64,000 nucleotides of DNA, from the NCBI GenBank assembly GCA_030141605.1, contig JAQGDQ010002366.1, forward strand, positions 256,660 through 320,659, read 5' to 3'. The stretch is from Tubiluchus corallicola. Lineage: Eukaryota; Animalia; Priapulida. Below, one piece after another: positions 60,101 through 64,000 of the stretch. Under the pieces are notes generated by a model. The model made no database searches and was not told where the DNA came from. It saw only the letters and a program-made list of their open reading frames with translations. The first letter of the stretch is position 1, and every line of letters begins with the position of its first letter. The translations under genes were made by a program, and so were the position numbers.

Positions 60101-63096
60101 AGGGAGGTATGCTCCAGTCTTCTTCACCAGCCATTCCTCACCTACAGAAAATGAAAACTACATTTAATAACGTTGTCAAGTTAGCTTATTAGCATTGAAA
60201 ATCGTTAGTTTAAAAATCATTCACTTGTCAATTTATCAAGTCTGCCATTTAAGAATAATAATAAACATGTAATAAAAAGTGAAAACTTAGGTTAATGTTA
60301 GCTAACTTAGAAAACTTAACTACCAACAACAATTTACCAGTAACCCGATCGTTTCCATCTCTGTCCTTAGCTTCTTTCTTTGCTCGAAGTCTTATGGCCT
60401 GATTATTTTTTACAATAACAGCAGTAATAGTTTCTTCCACTACAACTTCTTTACGTGGATAATATGTACCTGCAAATATGCTAAACCTATACCAACAACT
60501 AATCCATAAAAATTAATTTTATTGCACGAAATTGCACCAGTTATTGAACCCATAATTTAATTAAACAATTTATAGTTTCATGAATAACATTTATATTCGA
60601 CAGGCAAAATTTTTTAGCTACACCATCAGGCATGCAAAACAGAACTAACATTATGATGCTTATTATACTAATATTACCTATTAGTGTACTAGAGATGTTA
60701 ACAGCATAAATATCAATAAAAACGCTTAATAAAAAGGAAATCAATTTTTTATGTTTCAGAGAACTTAACTTACCAGGTCCCTCAAACAGCCATTCATCAC
60801 CAGCTACTCTCTTTGTCCCATCAGCACTTTCAAAATCCAATACCGCACGTAGTCTTAAAGCTTTGTTAGCTGTAACTACGGTCAGGGGTGTAACTACCTG
60901 TTATCAGCAATAAATAATTAAAAATATGACTATGAAGGTCACAGGAAATCTGCACTTTAAACACAACTTAATTAAAATATGTTAATATTACAAAGTTGCA
61001 ATTTATGACAAGTTATGATGATTGTAATGCAGATGAACCTATAAAATGAACATGTGAATGCTAGAATGTGTACAGTGTTTTTACTTACACTTGTGTGTAT
61101 ACTGTTAAGAGATTCATGCATTTGCAGCACAATAACCAAAAATGCCATTAAATGCTATTTTGCACAAGTCTTTTTTCGCTTTTATTATCTGTGCTCAAAT
61201 AAACTTTTACACAAGGTTGAGGTGTCTCACTTGTCTCTTTACAAATTTCCATCTGGCATGCCACAAACCTCAGCAGAGACATATGTATACATCTGTAAAA
61301 GTCTTACGGATGTATATTTTGATCCATTTCCCTACTTTGACTACTGCCTTGTCACAGTTTATGAAAAACACTTAGTCTGTACATCAAACTTTACCTTAGC
61401 TATTCTTACATGTAGAAGTCACAACTTCATTTGTGCTTGTTGGATAACAGGTGATGTAGGAGTTGTATAATGATCCCACTATAAGCATTAAATTCCTGTC
61501 ATATGAGTTAGCCATGAACACTTTCAAAAAATTACTTAACACAAGTCTACTGTAACAGGGCTCTCTATCCGCAAAAAATTTCAAATTTACGGCAGACATA
61601 CATATGTTAAAAAAACCTAATCACATCAAGATTCTTCAACCCGATCAACTGAGGTCAACGGTCACCATACTGTTGGTCACCATCAATGGTCACCATCACA
61701 CCATGGTACGATCTCGAAAGATGGACAGTTATACAGAAAAAAGTTACTAAACATCAGGGGTTAAAAGCTTTAACTTATAATCACAATGGAACATTACATT
61801 TTTAAAGGTCTTTTTCCAGGTAAAAGGTAAATTTCTAAATGGAGCTAGCTTCTTCAAGAAGTCGGTTTCAATGGCGAGTTAAAAAGTAAGTCAATGGAAG
61901 TTTTACATGAAATGATCAACATTTTATCAATAAGTTTGTTCACAACACCAAAGCTATTTGTTTGAACAGTAAGGAAACAACCACCCCACCCAAAGAGTTC
62001 CTACTTTACCTAACGGTCAATAAATGTTGTACTTTGTACAGATGAAATACAATACACTCATAAAGCACAAGTCTGACTATATTGACATTCTGTATCTTGG
62101 CAACATAGCTGCATGCACAACTCTAATATACAAGCCCACTCAAGTTAACATAATGTTTAATTTATGCATTACCTAGTTACCATATACAGCCTGTAGTACA
62201 ATAACTGATTAACAATGAAGGAGATAATGAATGTATTACACACAGAGAAATTATTAACTTATTATACAGGCAAAGTTTTTCCAGTCAAATGTGAACGTTC
62301 ATAACATCATCATATATGTTATAGGCAATTCAGATGAGACCATACGATCTTTCTTATGACACCAAGAACTACTCATCCAAATTTAGACAATAATCAATTC
62401 AAATTCGTCTTGATACATGAAAAATGACATAGGTCATACAAACGTGACAAAAGATTTGAAAATGAGAAGAATATTATTTCTATGATTTTTCAATTTCATA
62501 GGTCCACATTTTTGCACAATAAATGCACACTTTTGCTATCTACTGCTTTAGCTTGATTTTCATAAAGTAAAACACAGCTGAAACTGATAAATGTTTGCAA
62601 TTATGATCGTTGGCATTTTTGGTCTTGCTACCAAGAGTTCTTCCACTAGGCGAGAGAAATGGCTAGCATTTTACTGAATACACATGTAAAAAGGTGTTAC
62701 CTTATTTATATATGCAAAGGACAGAAACCTACACCACTGCATGATACGATGAGATACTCAAGATTGATTGTACATAAGAATTTACAGTTCAATACAACAC
62801 GTACAAAATATACTAAAAACAGACTTGAAGAAACCAAATTGAACAAGAAATTTTAAAAGCAATTAAAAAATATTACAATAGCTTTAATGTAATATATTAC
62901 CTGCTTCAAACGTTCCCCGGGATAAAGAGGAAATGGATCACGGGCTAAACGTACTTCCAGATCAGCATGCTGTAATCTAGCTTGCCCGAATTTGTCAAGC
63001 ACTGGTTTTCCATCCTTGTCAATAACAACAGGATTTTCTACGACACAGTAATGACGAGGTGGTACGACTACCATCTGCTCCGGACCCAGTAAAACT
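36189..63096 (-). CDS. MVP: Major vault protein (first coding exon lies beyond the right edge)
   Basis: 16 phase-consistent GT-AG exons: 62901-63096, 60774-60897, 60338-60469, 60047-60141, 59408-59533, 55811-55921, 54323-54448, 53818-53967, 51853-51915, 50405-50577, 48811-49008, 48326-48464, 39200-39411, 38210-38453, 36823-37011, 36189-36350 (stop). Vault repeats ([25 protein letters not shown]), shoulder domain ([31 protein letters not shown]), cap helix ([19 protein letters not shown]) and [12 protein letters not shown]. Confidence 0.97.
37079..38049. mobile_element. ~970-bp fold-back (long imperfect inverted-repeat) element in an MVP intron
   Basis: Arm matches: aaaaaatcattacaaaatcaaaa (~37288) vs ttttgattttgtaatgattttt (~37765); atcaatgctaaaaattaaacca (~37239) vs tggcttaattttcagcgttgat (~37831); taggaaccaac (~37181) vs gttgattccta (~37900); acatctcaccaa vs ttggtgaatgt at the ends. 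Confidence 0.7.
39673..39795. repeat. Perfect 59-bp tandem duplication
   Basis: cctatttggcttctgttaaatacataattagtgcacaatgttctatactgcaggctctg occurs at 39673 and again at 39732. Confidence 0.95.
40340..41300 (+). mobile_element. Degenerate BEL/Pao LTR-retrotransposon pol (integrase) remnant
   Basis: ORF 41080-41298 (FLISLREY...[30 protein letters not shown]) matches the Pao integrase C-terminal W-LGRI---G-DG-VR-A-V motif. An upstream ELIINH...CRVCQKIKG segment resembles the integrase zinc-binding region. Confidence 0.65.
41712..45620 (-). mobile_element. Degenerate L2/CR1-group LINE: PHD finger, AP endonuclease, reverse transcriptase and (ATTGA)n tail
   Basis: PHD (CSIC...CSIC...HLIC...WYCTKC, ~45440-45595); APE ([29 protein letters not shown]); RT ([37 protein letters not shown]); C-terminal HNYNTR...YNGPSIWN; 3' AATAAA plus attgaattgaattgaa at ~41712-41737. 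Many stops and frameshifts. Confidence 0.9.
43549..43851 (+). mobile_element. Short non-autonomous bipartite RTE-derived retroelement inserted in the LINE RT, with 8-bp TSD
   Basis: Flanked by AATGTGTG at 43541-43548 and 43852-43859; removing it restores the LINE frame YDDIAHI|[13 protein letters not shown]. The 5' part resembles RTE 5' UTRs (gcggatggggg...cgaatattcaaataag); the 3' part encodes [10 protein letters not shown] followed by a gatgatgag tail. Confidence 0.78.
46506..47394 (-). mobile_element. Internally deleted Tigger/pogo DNA transposon
   Basis: ~25-bp TIRs (t/c)agtaggcaccgcttaatagactca ... tgagtctattaagcggtgcctactg followed by TA. Internal ORF 46618-46833 ([13 protein letters not shown]...[12 protein letters not shown]) is a CENP-B/psq-type N-terminal HTH. 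Confidence 0.88.
50186..50372. repeat. Compound simple repeat (CACCA)n-(TC)n-(TAT)n just downstream of an MVP exon donor
   Basis: Directly visible. Confidence 0.85.
52018..52385 (-). CDS. MVP: Duplicated, divergent MVP R8/R9 exon (candidate alternative or mutually exclusive exon)
   Basis: tttag|GTA CGT GCT acceptor in phase 0, matching the upstream exon end (...IKSGK, 53818). Open frame [30 protein letters not shown]...ETRDK...PHPR parallels the canonical [30 protein letters not shown]...QTRDK...KKAR. The donor is uncertain: AG|gcagca at 52018 or CAG|gtgagg at 52167. Confidence 0.6.
52929..53622. mobile_element. Tigger/pogo-like MITE (degenerate)
   Basis: TA|cagtaagttctcgcttaacg ... aagcgattactg|TA ends with subterminal ttaagtgaaac-type repeats; the right TIR is imperfect. 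Confidence 0.5.
56651..57313. mobile_element. hAT (Charlie-like) non-autonomous element
   Basis: TIRs caggggtgacca / tgggcacccctg, subterminal gatctacc motifs, and partly matching 8-bp flanks (ctataatg / ctaaaact). Confidence 0.68.
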
Positions 63097-64000
63097 CTAA
63101 AAAGTAATTTAAAGAATGGAGTATTTACATTTTTAAAATATTATATAAATCTTGCAAAATGCATACCAATCATGAGATCTACCTAAAAGTTGTTCAGTGA
63201 GGAAAGCAGGCACCTACACAAAATTTTAAAATTTATAAATATTGTGTTACAGTAGCTTTGCAAAATTAAGGAAGCACATTTCAGTGACACACGTTCCTCA
63301 TACGACAAGTTACATATACGAACTAGAATGGCACTTAGTAGACCACTGTCTCCGCCAAGGCTTGCAGAGTATAACACAGATACTTAGGTAAAGAGGTCGC
63401 TAGTTGTTCTGACGTCATCTCAATAACTATATAACAATATCTAATGATCTCACTGTATTGACCATTACCAAAACTAAAAATGTCCTTCCATGGCCCATGC
63501 CCAATCCCTCCAGAAATTTTTTTAGAAATGAGTTTAGTATTTTTACAAAATTCTGTTAATAAACAAATCAATAAATGATGATGAAAACATAACCTCCTTA
63601 GCAGAAAAATTATATGCAATATGCACAATTGACATGTCAATAATGTCATTCATAACAACATTCCTGAGTCATATACATAATATACAGTCATATTCATAAT
63701 AATAGTCATATACATTGTAACATGTATTGTAGTACAACAGTTAGTAGAGTTCTATTCAAGAGACACTGCTGAGTAAGCACAGTAACTTAAACACTAGACA
63801 ACGGGCCTTATCTCAGTATATCTCATGTCCCAAATCAGCAGACACATGTAATAAAATTCAACAAGAAGGATGACATAGAAAAATTAGTATACGCTCACAT
63901 TACTCTATGGATAAACAGTTAAATTAGCAGAAATGTAGAGTCTACAATTGATCCTATTAACTGGCTATACTTTTTATTAATAGCCAGAACCTGTATCTAA

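Overview
AT-rich, intron-rich eukaryotic (invertebrate animal-like) genomic DNA; the species cannot be told from the sequence. Five protein-coding genes were reconstructed by hand from splice sites and reading-frame phase. (1) The 5' part of Mediator subunit MED15 (minus strand, 11 exons, ATG at 12260, runs off the left edge). (2) A complete 4-exon SLC16/MCT-family MFS transporter (plus, 16155-20805). (3) An unrecognised 3-exon single-pass membrane protein ending in a PDZ-binding motif (minus, 21464-24338). (4) A single-exon PTB/PID-domain adaptor (minus, 31868-32575). (5) Most of the major vault protein gene MVP (minus, 16 exons, 36189-63096; first coding exon off the right edge). Introns and intergenic DNA hold many transposon relics: a CR1 fragment, a PHD-APE-RT LINE with a nested bipartite RTE-derived element, a BEL/Pao remnant, Tigger/hAT/Harbinger-like MITEs and a mariner remnant. 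A higher-order 31-bp minisatellite abuts the MED15 start. The most striking observation is an old, still-open paralogous copy of the MVP repeat-8/9 exons (52018-52385) inside an MVP intron. It keeps the amino acids while synonymous sites have diverged, and carries about 45 extra residues exactly in the variable R8 loop. It is a candidate mutually exclusive exon that would give a second MVP isoform.
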